A stretch of DNA of 64,000 nucleotides from Mobula hypostoma (taxonomy: Eukaryota), in the NCBI RefSeq assembly GCF_963921235.1, contig NC_086097.1, positions 210,182,001-210,246,000 on the forward strand, read 5' to 3'. Below the pieces are notes generated by a model. It did no database searches and was not told the DNA's origin. It worked only from the letters and a program-made list of their open reading frames with translations. Shown here in pieces: positions 1 through 12,469 of the stretch. The translations under genes were made by a program, and so were the position numbers. Each line of letters starts with the position of its first letter. Positions within the stretch are counted from its first letter, which is position 1.

Positions 1-3000
1 TGGATGGTTTGAGATGTGTCTATTTTAACGTAAGGAGTATTGTGAACAAAACGGATGAGCTTAGAGCGTGGATCAGTACTTGGAGCTATGATGTGGTGGC
101 CATTACAGAGACCTGGATGGCTCAGGGACAGGAAGGGTTACTTCAAGTGCCGGGTTTTAGATGCTTCAGAAAGGACAGGGAGAGAGGCAAAAGAGGTGGG
201 GTCGTGGCACTGTGGATCAGAAATAGTGTCATGGCTGCAGAAAAGGTAGACTTCATGGAGGGATTGTCTACTGTGTCTCTGTGGGTGGAGGTTAGGAACA
301 GGAAGGGGTCAATAACTTAACTGGGTGTTTTTTTTAAATAGGCCGCCCAATAGTAACGGGGATATCGAGGACCAGGTAGGGAAACAGATCCTGGAAAGGT
401 GCAATAATAACAGAGTTGTCGTGATGGGAGATTTTAATTTCCCAAATATTGATTGGCAGCTCCCTAGAGCAAGGGGTTTAGATGTTCAGGGGATATTTGT
501 GTGGAGTTCTGCATAGGTACGTTCCAATGAGACAGGGAAGTTATGGTAGGGTACAGGAACCGTGGTGTACAGAGGCTGTAATAAATTTAGTCAAGAAGAA
601 AATAACAGCTTACAAAAGGTTCAGAGAGCTAGGTAATGTTAGAGATCTAGAAAACTTGCAGTAGACTGAAAAGCTTGAGTTTGTAGATATTAGGAAAAAG
701 GATGTGCTGGAGCTTTTGGAAAGCATCAAGTTCGGTAAGTCGCCAGAACCCAGTGAAGTGTACCCCAGGCTACTCTGGGAGGCGAGGGAGGACATTGTTG
801 AGTCTCTGGCGATGATCTTTGTATCATCAACGGGGACGGGAGAGGTTCCGGAGGTTTGGAGGGTTGCAGATGTTGTTCCTTTATTCAAGAAAGTGAGTAG
901 AGATAGCCCAAGAAATTATAGACCAGTGAGTCTTACTTCAGTGGTTGGTAAGTTGATAAAGAAGATCCTGAGAGGCAGGATTTATGAACATTTGAAGAGG
1001 TATAATATGATTAGGAATAGTCAGCATGGCTTTCTCAAGGGCAGGTCGTGCCTTACGAGCCTAATTGAATATTTTTGAGGATGTGACTCAGCACATTGAT
1101 GAAGGTAGAGCAGTAGATGTAGTGTATATGGATTTCAGCAAGGCATTTGACAAGGTACCCCATGCAAGGCTTATTGAGAAAGTAAGGAGGCATGGGATCC
1201 AAGGGGATATTGCTTTGTGGATCCAGAACTGGCTTGCCCACAGTGGTTGTAGACGGGTCATATTCTGCATGGAGGTCGGTGACCAGTTGTGTGCCTCAGG
1301 GATCTGTTCTGGGACCATTTACTCTTCATGAATTTTATAAATGACATGGATGAGGAAGTGGAGGGATGGGTTAGTAAGTTTGCTGATGACACAAAGGTTG
1401 GAGGTGTTGTGGATAGTGTGGAAGGCTGTCAGAGGTTACAGCGGGACATTGACAAGATGCAAAACTGGGCTGAGAAGTGGCAAATGGAGTTCAACCCAGA
1501 TAAGTGTGAAGTGGTTCATTTTGGTAGGTCAAACTGATGGCAGAATATAGTATTAATGGTAAGACTCTTGTCAGTGTGGAGGATCAGAGGGATCTTGGGG
1601 TCCGAGTCCATAGGACACTCAAAGCTGCTGTGCAGGTTGACTCTGTGGTTAAGAAGGCATCAATTGGCCTTCACCAATCGTGGGTTTGAGTTTAGCAGCC
1701 AATAGGTAATGTTGCAGCTATATAGGACCCTGATCAGACCCCACTTAGAGTACTGTGCTCAGATCTGGTCGCCTCACTACAGGAAGGATGTGGAAGCCAT
1801 AGAAAGGGTGCAGAGGAGATTTACAAGGATGTTGCCTGGTTTGGGAAGCATGCCTTATGAAAACAGGTTGACTGAACTCAGCCTTTTCTCCTTGGAGTGA
1901 CGGAGGATGAGAGGTGACCTGATAGAGGTGTGTAAGATGATGAGAGGCATTGATCCAGCAGAACAACATGAGAGAGGTCTGGAGGGGGAATGAGGACCAT
2001 CACTGGGTTCCGGCAAACTAGCAACAGAGGAGCTGAAGGCAGTGTGGACAGGGCCGATGAACTTAACCTGTTCTTTAACAGATTTGATATTGTGGCCCCT
2101 GCCCATCGCCCACATGAGCCATCTGTTGTCGGCCCCCAACCAACACATTTTCCACTCTCCCCTCCTACCCGTCCTCACAGTCTCCCACCCTGCTCTCATG
2201 ACTATATCCTTTCCCCACACGAAACCACCACGGTGGACTTCACAGCTGAACAGGTGAGAAGACAGCTGAAACGTCTCAACCCAAGCAAGGCTGCAGGACC
2301 GGATGGTGTCAGTACCAGGGTGCTCAAAGCCTGTGCCCCTCAGCTATGTGGAGTACTTCGCCATGTATTCAATCTGAGCCTGAGGCTCCGGAGGGTTCCT
2401 GTACTGTGGAAGATGTCCTGCCTTGTCCCTGTGCTGAAGACGCCGCGCCACAGCGGCCTCAATGACTACAGACCGGTGGCATTGACCTCCCACATCATGA
2501 AGACCCTGGAGAGACTTGTTCTAGAGCTGCTCCGGCCTATGGTCAGGCCACACTTAGATCCCCTCCAGTTCGCCTACCAGCCCCGACTAGGTGTTGAGGA
2601 TGCCATCATCTACCTGCTGAACCGTGTCTACACCCAACTGGACAAGCCAGCGACTACTGTGAGGGTCATGTTTTTTTGACTTCTCCAGTTCGTTCAACAC
2701 CATCTGCCCTGCTCTGCTGGGGGAGAAGCTGACAGCGATGCAGGTGGATGCCTCCCTGGTGTCATGGATTCTTGATTACCTGACTGGCAGATCACAGTAC
2801 GTGTGCTTGCAACAATGTGTGTCCGACAGAGTGATCAGCAGCACTGGGGCTCCACAGGGGACTGTCTTGTCTCCCTTTCTCTTCACCATTTACACCTCGG
2901 ACATCAACTACTGCAGAGTCTTGTCATCTTCAGAAATTTTCATAGTTGGGTGTACCAGCAAGGGAGATGAGGCTGAGTACAGGGCTATGGTAGGAAACTT

Positions 3001-4108
3001 TGTCACATGGTGTGAGCAGAATTATCTGCAGCTTAATGTGAAAAAGACTAAGGAGCTGGTGGTAGACCTGAGGAGAGCTAAGGTACCAGTGACCCCTGTT
3101 TCCATCCAGGGGGTCAGTGTGGACATGTGGAGGATTACAGATACCTGGGGATACAAATTGACAATAAACTGGACTGGTCAAAGAACACTGAGGCTGTCTA
3201 CAAGAAGGGTCAGAGCCATCTCTATTTCCTTAGGAGACTGAGGTCCTTTAACACCTGTCGGACGATGCTGAGGATGTTCTATGAGTCTGTGGTGGCCAGT
3301 GCTATTATGTTTGCTGTTGTGTGCTGGGGCAGCAGGCTGAGGGTAGCAGACACCAACAGAATCAACAAACTCATTAGTAAGGCCAGTGATGTTGTGGGGA
3401 TGGAACAGGACTCTCTCATGGTGGTGTCTGAAAAGAGGATGCTGTCTAAGTTGCATGCCATCTTGGTCAATGTCTCCCATCCACTACATAATGTACTGGG
3501 TGGGCACAGGAGTACATTCAGCCAGAGACTCATTCCATCGAGATGCAGCACAGAGCGTCATAGGAAGTCATTCCTGCCTGTGGCCATCAAACTTTGCAAC
3601 TCCTCCCTTAGAGGGTCAGACAACCTGAGCCAATGGGCTGGTCCTGGATTTATTTCATAATTTACTAGCATAATTTACAAATTACTATTTAACTATTTAT
3701 GGTTCTATTACTATTTATTATTATGGTGCAACTGTAACGAAAACCAGTTTCCCCCGGGATCAATAAAGTATGACTATGATCGTGAGGATAGTCAGAGGCT
3801 TTTTCCCAGGGCTGAAATGGTTGCCACAAGAGAACACAGGTTTAAGGTGCTAGGGAGTTGGTACAGAGGAGATATCAGGGAGTGATTTATTTTTATGCAG
3901 AGAGTGGTGGGTGCGTGGAATGGGCTGCCGGTGATGATGGTGGAGGTGGATACGATAGGGTCTTTTAACAGACTTTTGGATAGATACATGGAGTTTAGAA
4001 AAGTGGAGGGCGATGTGTAAGCCTCGTAATTTCTAAGGTAGGGACATGTTTGGCACAACTTTGTGGGCCAAAGGGCATGTATTGTGCTGAAGGTTTTCTA
4101 TGTTTCTA
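1..4108 (+). mobile_element. CR1-clade LINE, ORF2 (APE endonuclease + RT) through 3' tail; frameshifted, internally deleted, interrupted by a Rex1-like insertion
   Basis: ORF fragments YFNVRSIVNK..VAITETW, VVVMGDFNFPNIDW, NYRPVSLTSVVGK, VYMDFSKAFDKVPH, KFADDTK, RPHLEYCAQIWSPH; tail ending TTTTCTATGTTTCTA. Confidence 0.95.
1956..3776 (+). mobile_element. Rex1/Babar-clade LINE, 5'-truncated and relatively young, nested in CR1
   Basis: ORFs 1990-2679 (KAAGPDGV, NDYRPVALTSHIMK, DPLQFAY), 2738-3241 (STGAPQGTVLSPFLF), 3127-3660 (KKGQSHLYFLRRLRSF); AATAAA followed by (TGACTA)n tail; TGATC at both junctions (1951-1955, 3777-3781). Confidence 0.9.
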
Positions 4109-4576
4109 AATCAAAAAAATACCTTGTCAAATTCCAATATCAAATCCTTATTCCAGTTATAACTGAGTCCTTCGATACCTCACATCAGCAGGAAATACAG
4201 ATTGTAAATTGTCAAACTAGAAAAAAAATCAAAAGCAAATTGTAATTCCAGATTAAATCTAATGGCATCTTGTCCAATAAGTTAGTGTTGTTTTATGATA
4301 ACTGTGAAAATTGCACCCCCTAGTGACAGGTCATAAATCCTACTCAGAAATACAAGGCATTCCTCACTTGAGAAGCCCAACAGAGGCTGCTGCCCTCTGA
4401 TGGAGGACTCTCTGCCACTGTAAATTATGGCTAGAAGTGACAGCGTGGTCATTAAATCTATGACATAACAACAGTTTTTTTAATGCTATCTGAAAAAGAA
4501 AAATTTCATGGGAACCCCAATAACCAAATTTTTTGATACATAACAGAATCCTGTGAATTTATGTGAAGTCCTCTCT

Positions 4577-5405
4577 GTATATGAATTAAGTTTAATATCA
4601 TTAGCATCTGTCATGAAATCTGTTGTTTTGGGGCAGCAGCACAGTGGGAGACATAAATTTTTTAAAATATTATATATATATATATAAAAACACCCCATGG
4701 TTTCCCTGGCTGGATAATCTGGTCCCGCCAAACTCATGAGACTGAGACAGCTCTCCCGCCCAAACTGCAGTTTGTGTGGATGCTGTGTAATTTGCTATCC
4801 TTTTACAAATTAGTACCATGAAATAACAAACAGTATGTTGCACATGATTAAATAAATTACATTTATGAATCTTAACTAAAGAGTTAGTAAAGAAAAACAA
4901 AAAGGGCCCACTCTAATTAAACAGTCAAATGTGTACAAGTTGGAGCTCATCTTGTACTTCTCTGTTACTTCGCAGACTGGGTCTTCGGTCTGTGTGAAAA
5001 CAGACACCATCTTCCAAACATCGCTCGCAATCTATCTCAAACAAACAGGTCTCTCATTGAATCGTATCCTACGACCGGTTCTCCCCAACGTCTTCTTTCT
5101 TCATCTCCCACCAAATCAGAAACAAACCCCAAGACCAACCTTAGTGTCCCTCACCAAGAAAATCTCCCCATAATTCTACCATCCTAATTGGGTGGCACAC
5201 ATTCCTCATCTTCAACAATAACCCAAAAAGGCTGACAGCAGAACAGACTACTCTTACAGAACTGCTAAATGAAAAACATACAGCCTAACAGTAAAAATAT
5301 GAACCATGGCATTACACAAACAAGTAGTGCAAAGAGAGGGAAAAAGAAGTTAGAGAGATAGTGAACATAGGTTCATTGTCCATTCAGAAACCTAATGGCA
5401 CAGGG
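4577..5405 (-). mobile_element. Rex/Babar-type 3' UTR fragment, split by an unrelated ~630 bp insertion (about 4686-5316)
   Basis: Flanks match the 3' ends of other Rex/Babar copies in the window (GTTTAATATCA..GCAGCA..CAGT; AGTAGTGCAAA..GTTCATTGTCCATTCAGAAA); the insert ends in CATTACA. Confidence 0.55.
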
Positions 5406-5762
5406 AATTCACAATGTCTACTGGATTTGTGCAGCAAGGCCAATCAATGTAAAATGCAAGACTGACATAATTTCTATCACAATACCTGATATGAATATAT
5501 CATTGACCTTTACTTTTGATGAGTTAAGGTCTGCCCCTGCTTTACATGAAAGGCCCACTCCTTATTGGGCCTCAAGCCTGCTAAACAGCTACAAGAGTAA
5601 GGCAAAACAAAAGTGGAATGCTACTCACCTCCTCTAATAGAAGCTGTTCTTCTCAACGGTGCTCCAATTTCTGGGCTCCAGGCACTTATACTAAATGTGT
5701 GGATCTTTCAGTAAATTCTGTCATTAAACTTTATCAGCCTTACCAATTAGGTGCTGCTCACC

Positions 5763-6445
5763 AGAATCAGAATCAGGTTTTACACTTTAAGTAATTAAAT
5801 TAAAAATAGTGCAAAAACAGAAGTATTAAAGAAAGTGAGGTAGTGTTTATGGGTTCAGTGTCCATTTAGGAATTGGATGGTGGGGGGTGGGATGGGGAAG
5901 AAACTGTTCCTGAATTGTTGACTGAGTGCCTTTAGGCTTCCATTCCTTCTTCCTGGTGGTAACAATGAGAAGAGGGCACGTCCTGGGTGATTTGGGGGGC
6001 CGGGGGGGGGGAGTGTTCTTAATAATGGACGCTGCCTTTCTGAAGCACTGCTCCTTGAAGAGGTCTTGAATGCTACGAGGGCTAGTACCCAAGATGGAGC
6101 TAACTAATTTTACAACTTTCTGTAGCTTCTTTCAATCCCATGCAGTAGCCCTCCATCCACGTGCTCTCCATGGTACATCTGCAGAAGTTTTTGAGTGTCT
6201 TAGGTGAAAAACCAAATCTCCTCAAACTCCTAATAAAATATAGCCACTGCCTTGCCTTCTTTATAGCTGCATCGATATGTTGAGACCAGGTTAGATCCTT
6301 AAAAATCTCGACACCCAGGAACTTGAAATTGCTCACTCTCTTCACTTCTGATCCCTCTTTGAGGATTGTGTTCCCTCATCTTACCCTTTCTAAAGTCAAC
6401 AACCAGCTCTTTGGTCCTACTGATATTGAGTGCAAGGTTGTTGGA
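5763..6445 (-). mobile_element. Rex/Babar-clade LINE 3' fragment
   Basis: ORF 6100-6345 FKFLGVEIFKDLTWSQHIDAAIKKARQWLYFIRSLRRF; (AGAATC)n tail repeat at the left end. Confidence 0.85.
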
Positions 6446-7579
6446 GCACCATTGCTCCCCAAGTCACTCAGCATGATGAAGCTACATATACAAGCAATTA
6501 TTCGGATGGATTTTAATCAACTGCTCTCCATCCAAAGAGATTGAAAGAAACTCCCAGCTCTTCTCTTAGTATATTGGAAAGCTACATGGATGTGTTTAAA
6601 ACCTAAAGACAAAGTGATGCAGTCAAACCTCTAGGTTTAACACAACCATATAGCTTCCTGGATGTAAAATGGACATGTCCACTGCGGACATCTAATTGGT
6701 GTTTTAGGTACTCTGCAGAAAGCTATAGTGACACCCTGTTGACCAATGGATCACATAACAAGCTACCATCTTCACAGATTTAAAGTAACATTACCAAGAA
6801 ATGTTCATGTTCCTCAAGAGCATCGATCTAGATAACTAACCTTAAATCAGACATACCTGTAAATGTTGTTCCATCTACAAGAAAGGAAAGGAAAGCCCCC
6901 AAACCTGTCCTGCCATAATCCACAGATTCAATCCCCTTCCATCTGAAGTCCTCTACTATCTCTCTGATCTTTCTCCGTACCATCCTACACCCCATTAACA
7001 CACACTATCAATCTACTCTGTACCTGCTCCTCATAACCTCATTGCTACCCTTGATATTCTGACTAACTCCCATCAACCTCTCCAGTCTTCCTTCCAGTCT
7101 AAACCTGAGCATTAGTACTCTTTGTTTTCACCACTCACTTTCCCTTGAAACATTTAAAACCAACCCCACCACCAACACCACATCTGCTACAGTCATCTAA
7201 TAATCCAGTAGCAAATCTTTTCCCTTTCATTGAATTTTATCAGCAGGAGATGCAGTCATTTACCCTCATCATTAGTGGAATCCTTGAGGAACAATCCAAT
7301 CAGTATCATCACTCCAATATTTTCCCCACAGCCATGACTTTTTTTAAAAAAACATGATTTTTCTCCCTGAATTCTCTGCTGGAAGTCACATCAGAACCTG
7401 TATCCACCACATTTTCAGGGACTGAATTCCAAATCAAACTCAGCGCATAACATTTGTGTGCTCACTTTGCCCCCAAATCCCTCACTAATCATGTAAAAAC
7501 TTTATTCTCAGGTCCTGGGCTCCCCTGCTGAGGTAAAAAGATCTGTCTCTTCCCCCACCCCGCATTACTTCTAACTTCT

Positions 7580-8020
7580 TACTGCCCATTACACTGCTGG
7601 CACTTAGGACAGCAATGAAGGTCCTCCTTCTCTGTCTGTCATTGGGCATCAAAACAAATTTTGCTCTTGGTCTTGGTGGTGTTCAGAGCTTCCTTCATCT
7701 CAGTTGCTTCCTCTCAGTGTTCACTACTGTCAGCCACACAACCTCTGAGCATAGACTCCAGGAATACCGTCACACACAGATGTAGGAGGATTCTTCATTG
7801 TTGTTTCTGTCACAATTTTGTTTTACCCGACATGGTTGTTAGCCCTGAACTGACGCCCCGAACCTGGAGGACCAGTGGACCACTTTTGGTCTGGCCTCTA
7901 CCCTTTGACCTATTTGGTAGAGTCAAAGCACAAGGCCCTGACTTCAGGCAACATAGCTCTTGAGGTTATTGAGATATGCAAGCCTCCAAACCCTATAACA
8001 AGATTGTGGACTTCTTGGAG
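7580..8020. repeat. Interspersed repeat, possibly RTE-related or non-autonomous
   Basis: Composition shift and resemblance to fish RTE-associated repeats by eye only; no protein motif. Confidence 0.3.
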
Positions 8021-8039
8021 GAACTCACTTTTACCCTAA

Positions 8040-8310
8040 GCATAGTGGCTAACATAACAATTTACAGCACCAACAACACAGGTTCATTTCTTTCCGCTGC
8101 CTGTAAGAAGTTTGTACATTCTCCCCATAAATGTGAGAGTTTTCATCGGGTACTCCAGTTTCCTCCCACAGTCCAAAGGTGTACCGGTAGATAGATTAAT
8201 TGGTCATTGCATGATGTCTCGTGACTAGGCCAGGATTAAATTGGGGGATTGTTGGGCATCAAGGCACGAAGGACCAGAAGGGCCTATTCCATGCTGTATC
8301 TCAATAAATT
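8040..8310 (+). mobile_element. tRNA-derived SINE (HE1/V-SINE-like)
   Basis: Central GTTTGTACATTCTCCCC...CCAGTTTCCTCCCACAGTCCAAAG domain, CR1-like tail GAAGGGCCTATTCCATGCTGTATCTCAATAAA; similar to the copy at 61705. Confidence 0.75.
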
Positions 8311-8589
8311 CAAAAAAATTTAATTCAACAAGCGTTTTCAGATCTCTGCCAAGTCTCCTCTCAACCATCCCCCTTCCATGGAAAGGAATCCCAAGTTATC
8401 CAGTCTACTGAAATAACCTCACCCTAACTAAAGTATATCTGTGCCCTCAAGGGACAGGATGTGATTTGGGCACAGTTCTCCAATTGTACACTCTGTAGCT
8501 TCTTAGAGGTTCCATGTAACTTTAGAGCTTTAAAATTCAAGCCAGAAGTTGGATTTTACCCTTCTATGGAAGTGCTGGACATATCCAGT

Positions 8590-11500
8590 CAAAGTTCAAA
8601 GTGAATTTTATTATCAAACTATAGATATATCACCATATACAACCCTGAGATTCATTTTCTTGTGGGCATACTCAGTAAATCTATAGAATAATAACCCAAA
8701 ACAGAATCAATGCAGGACCACCCAACTAGGGCGTTCAACCAGAGTGCAGAAGACAACAAACTGTGCCAATACAAAAAATAGAATAACAATAATAAATAAA
8801 CAATAAATATCGAGAACCTGAGATGAAAAGCCCTTGAAAGTGAGTCTGTTGCTTGTGGGATCAGCTCAGTTATGGGGTGAGTGAAGTTATCGCTGCTGGT
8901 TCAAGACCCTGATGGTTGAGGGGTAATAACTGGACCTGAACCCGGTGGTGTGAGTCTTGAGGCTCCTGTACCTTCTTCCTGATGTCAGCAGTGAGAAGAG
9001 AGCATGGCCTGGGTGATAGGGGCCCCTGATGATGGATGCTGCTTTCCTGTAACAGCATTTCGTGTAGATGTGCTCAATGATGGGGAAGGCTTTACCCGTG
9101 ATGGACTGGGCCAAATCCACTACATTTTGGAGGATTTTCCATTCCAGGGCATTGGTGTTTCCATACCAGTCTGTGATGCAGCCAGTCAATATACTCTCCA
9201 CTATACATCTGCAGAAGTTTGTTGAAGTTTTAGATGGCATGCTGAATCTTCTCAAACTTCTAAGGAAGTAGAGATGCTGTTTTGCTTTCTTCATTATTGC
9301 ACTTACATGCTGGGCCCAAGAGAGTCCCACCAAATTTAAAGTAGCTAACCTTCTCCAGTTCTGATCCTCAGATGAGGACTGGTTCTGGACCTTTGGGTTG
9401 CTTCTCCTGAAGTCTATAGTAACCTACTTGGTCTTGCTGACTTTGAGAAAGAGGTTGTGTTATTACCCCACTCAGCCAGATTTTCAATCTCCCTCCTTTA
9501 TGCTGATTTGTCACCACCTTTGATTTGGTCTACGACAATGGTGGTTTCAGCAATCTTGAATATGGCACTGGAGCTGTGCTTAGCCACACAGTCATAAGTG
9601 TAAAGCGATTAGAGCAGAGAGCAAAGCACACAGCCTTGTGGTGCATCTGTGCAGATGGAGTTTGTGGAGGAGATGTTGTCTCCATCTGAACTGAAGGGTG
9701 TCTGCAAGTCAGCAAATTGCAGGATTCAATTGCAGAAGGAGGTATTGAGGCCAAAGTCTTTGAGCTTATTGAATAGTTTTACAGGGATGATGGTAAGTTC
9801 TAGTCGATAAAGACCATCTTGATGTATGCATCTTTGCTGTCCAGATGTTCCAGAGTTGAGTGAAGAGCGAATGAGATGGTAAGCGTTGTGAACCTGTTGC
9901 TCCGGTAGGCAAATTGGAGTGGATCTCAGCCACTTCTTAGGTAGGAGTTGATATGCTTCATCACCAACCTCTCAAAACACTTCATCACTGTGGATGTAAG
10001 TGATAGTCATTGATGCAAGTCACAATGTTCTTCTTGGGCACGGGTATTATTGAAGGCTGGTTGAAACAGGGGAAACCACACACTGCCAAAGCAAGAGGTT
10101 AAAATTCTTAGTGAACGCACCAGCCAGTTGGTCAGCACTGCCCCATCTCGGCTGGATGCTTCTCATGGGTTCAACTTCCTGAAGGCTGTTCACACATCAG
10201 CTTCAGAGACTGAAATCAGAAGGTCATCGGAGAGCTCGTGATGGTTCCTCCATGCAGTGAAATCTCACTCTCTCTTACGTGACTTGATTTAACTTTTATA
10301 AGAAATGATAGTATTCAAGCCCTACCACAACTGTCAGGCATCCTTCGTTGATTCAAGTTTTGGTCCAGAATTGCCACTTCACCTGTGAGATGGCTTTCCA
10401 AAGATCATATCTGGACTTCTTGTAACTTTCTTGGTCACTAGACTTGAATGCATTTGATCTGAATCTCAGCAGAATTCAGATCTCATCGTTCATCCTGGGA
10501 TCCTGATTGGGGAAGACTCTGAATGATTTTGTGGGAACACACTGGTCTACAACTATTTTACTGAAGCCATGGTGTATTCCTTCAAATCCCCAGAAGAGCC
10601 TTTGAACATGGCCCAGTCAACTGTCTCAAAGCAATCCCATAGCCGGTCCTCTGACTCCCATGACCACCTTCTAATCTCTGGAGCTTTGCTCTTTAGCCTC
10701 TGCCTATGATCCAATTTACTGGAATGTGGTCTGAGCATGGACGGTAGGTATTCCTTATCTTGGTGCAACAGTGGTTTAGTGCAACAGTGGTTCAATGCAA
10801 GACTATAAGGTGATCAGAATTAGGCCATTTGGCCTATCACATCTGCTGTGCCATTTCATCATGGCTGATCCAATTTTCCTCTCAGCCACAATCTCCTGCC
10901 ATCTCCTCGTATCCCTTCATGCCCTGACCAATCAAGAATCTATAAACCTCTACCTTAAACGTACATAAAGACTTGGCCTCCACAGCTGCCTGTGGCAAAG
11001 AATTCCACATTTTTACCGCTCTCTGGCTAAAGAAATTCCTCCTCATCTCCATTCTAAAAGGACACTCCACTATTCTGAAACTGTGTCCTCTGATCCACCA
11101 CAGGAAACATCCTCCCTACCTCTACTCTATCAAGGCCTTTTACCATTCGATAGGTTTCAATGAGGTCACCACTCATACCTCTGAATTCCAGTGAATACAG
11201 TCCCAGAGCCATCAAATGTTCTTCATTCAATCCTGGAATGACAAACCATTCAATCCTGGAATCATTTTCATGAACCTCCTTTGAATCCTCTCCAGTTTCA
11301 GCACATCTTTCCAAGATAAGGGACCCAAACCTGCTCACAGTATATTGGGACCTCTGGTGCTACAGGTTATACACTGATGGTAATTGGGCAGGGTTTTCTT
11401 CACACACGCCTGGTTGAAGTTTCCAACTATGATTTGAAATGTGTGGGATGGACTGTTTTTTGTTAGGAGATGGCATCATACAGTAGTGCAAGTGCTTGAT

Positions 11501-11790
11501 TATGGTCAGCCGCTGGTGGCATGTAAAGTGCAGTCAGGATCACAGATGAGAACTCTCTAGGTAAACAGAAAGGATGACGTTTGACTATTAGGTGTTCTAA
11601 ATCTGGGGGAACATAAGTTCAACAAAACTGCCACATCGGAGCACCACCGAGAGCTTATCATGAAACACATACCTCCTCTTTTTGCCTTTTCCGAATCAAC
11701 AGTTCAGTCCATTCTGTAAATCAAGAAGCCTTCAGGGATGATCACTGTATCTGGTGTGCTGGGAGAAAACCTTGTCTTAAGTCAGACATG
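8590..11790 (-). mobile_element. Long decayed Rex/Babar LINE ORF2, interrupted by a CR1 3' fragment
   Basis: ORF 8887-9333 WAQHVSAIMKKAKQHLYFLRSLRRF..ESILTGCITDWYGN; ORF 10553-10795 RLWDCFETVDWAMFK; decayed endonuclease-like remnants near 11400-11790. Confidence 0.85.
10800..11345 (-). mobile_element. CR1 LINE 3' fragment nested in Rex/Babar
   Basis: ORFs 11054-11338 (LGLYSLEFRGMSGDLIETYRMVKGLDRV) and 10882-11070 (RRNFFSQRAVKMWNSLP). Confidence 0.9.
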
Positions 11791-11849
11791 GAATTCAACA
11801 GGTTCTCATTTCCCTCCAATACAGCAATCTTGCCCTCAGGTCCACAATT

Positions 11850-12105
11850 TTGCATGTTTAATTCCTACTGCTGTTTGTTTGTACATTCTCCCTGTCACTG
11901 CACGGGTTTTTTCGGGGTTTCCTCCCACATTACAAAGACGTACAGGTTAGTGTTAGTAAGTTGTGGGCATACTATGTTGGCACCGTAAGCATGGCGACAC
12001 TTGTGAGCTGACCTCAGCAATTCACCAGTCTGTGGTCATTGACACAAATGACATATTTCATTGTCTGTTTCAATGTACATGTGATAAATAAAGCAAATCC
12101 TGCAT
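11850..12105 (+). mobile_element. SINE fragment with V-SINE-like core
   Basis: GTTTGTACATTCTCCCTGTCACTGCACGGGTTT...TTTCCTCCCACATTACAAAGACG core shared with the 8040 and 61705 copies, but a different tail. Confidence 0.6.
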
Positions 12106-12469
12106 TCTTATCAGTGAGGCAAATGCTGGATATCATGGGGTAAGAGGTGGGGCCAGGTGTGGCTGGGAACAGGAAATCTGCTATGGCCCCCAATAGAAAG
12201 AGCGCAGCACACATTGACTTGAGCGGTCTCCTCCAGGTTTGAATTATTCAGGATTATTGCGAACTGAAGATATTTAAAAGTAGAGTCTATATGGAAAACT
12301 GGATTAGATTCACAGGTAATTACTGACTTTGATTTTAAAAAAACTTGCACTAAAACTGATTTTTGCTTTTTGAACATGTGCAGGAGAAAATAATTCAGAT
12401 TTTCCCCTTCACTTGTTGACTTTGCTGCTTGAATATCTTTGAGTGCTGTTTTAAACTACTGACACAACA

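Noticed and set aside
6580..6590. AGCTACAT (miR-221/222 seed-like) in the hairpin 5' arm
   Set aside because: The rest does not match miR-221/222 as I recall them, and it is on the wrong arm; likely coincidence.
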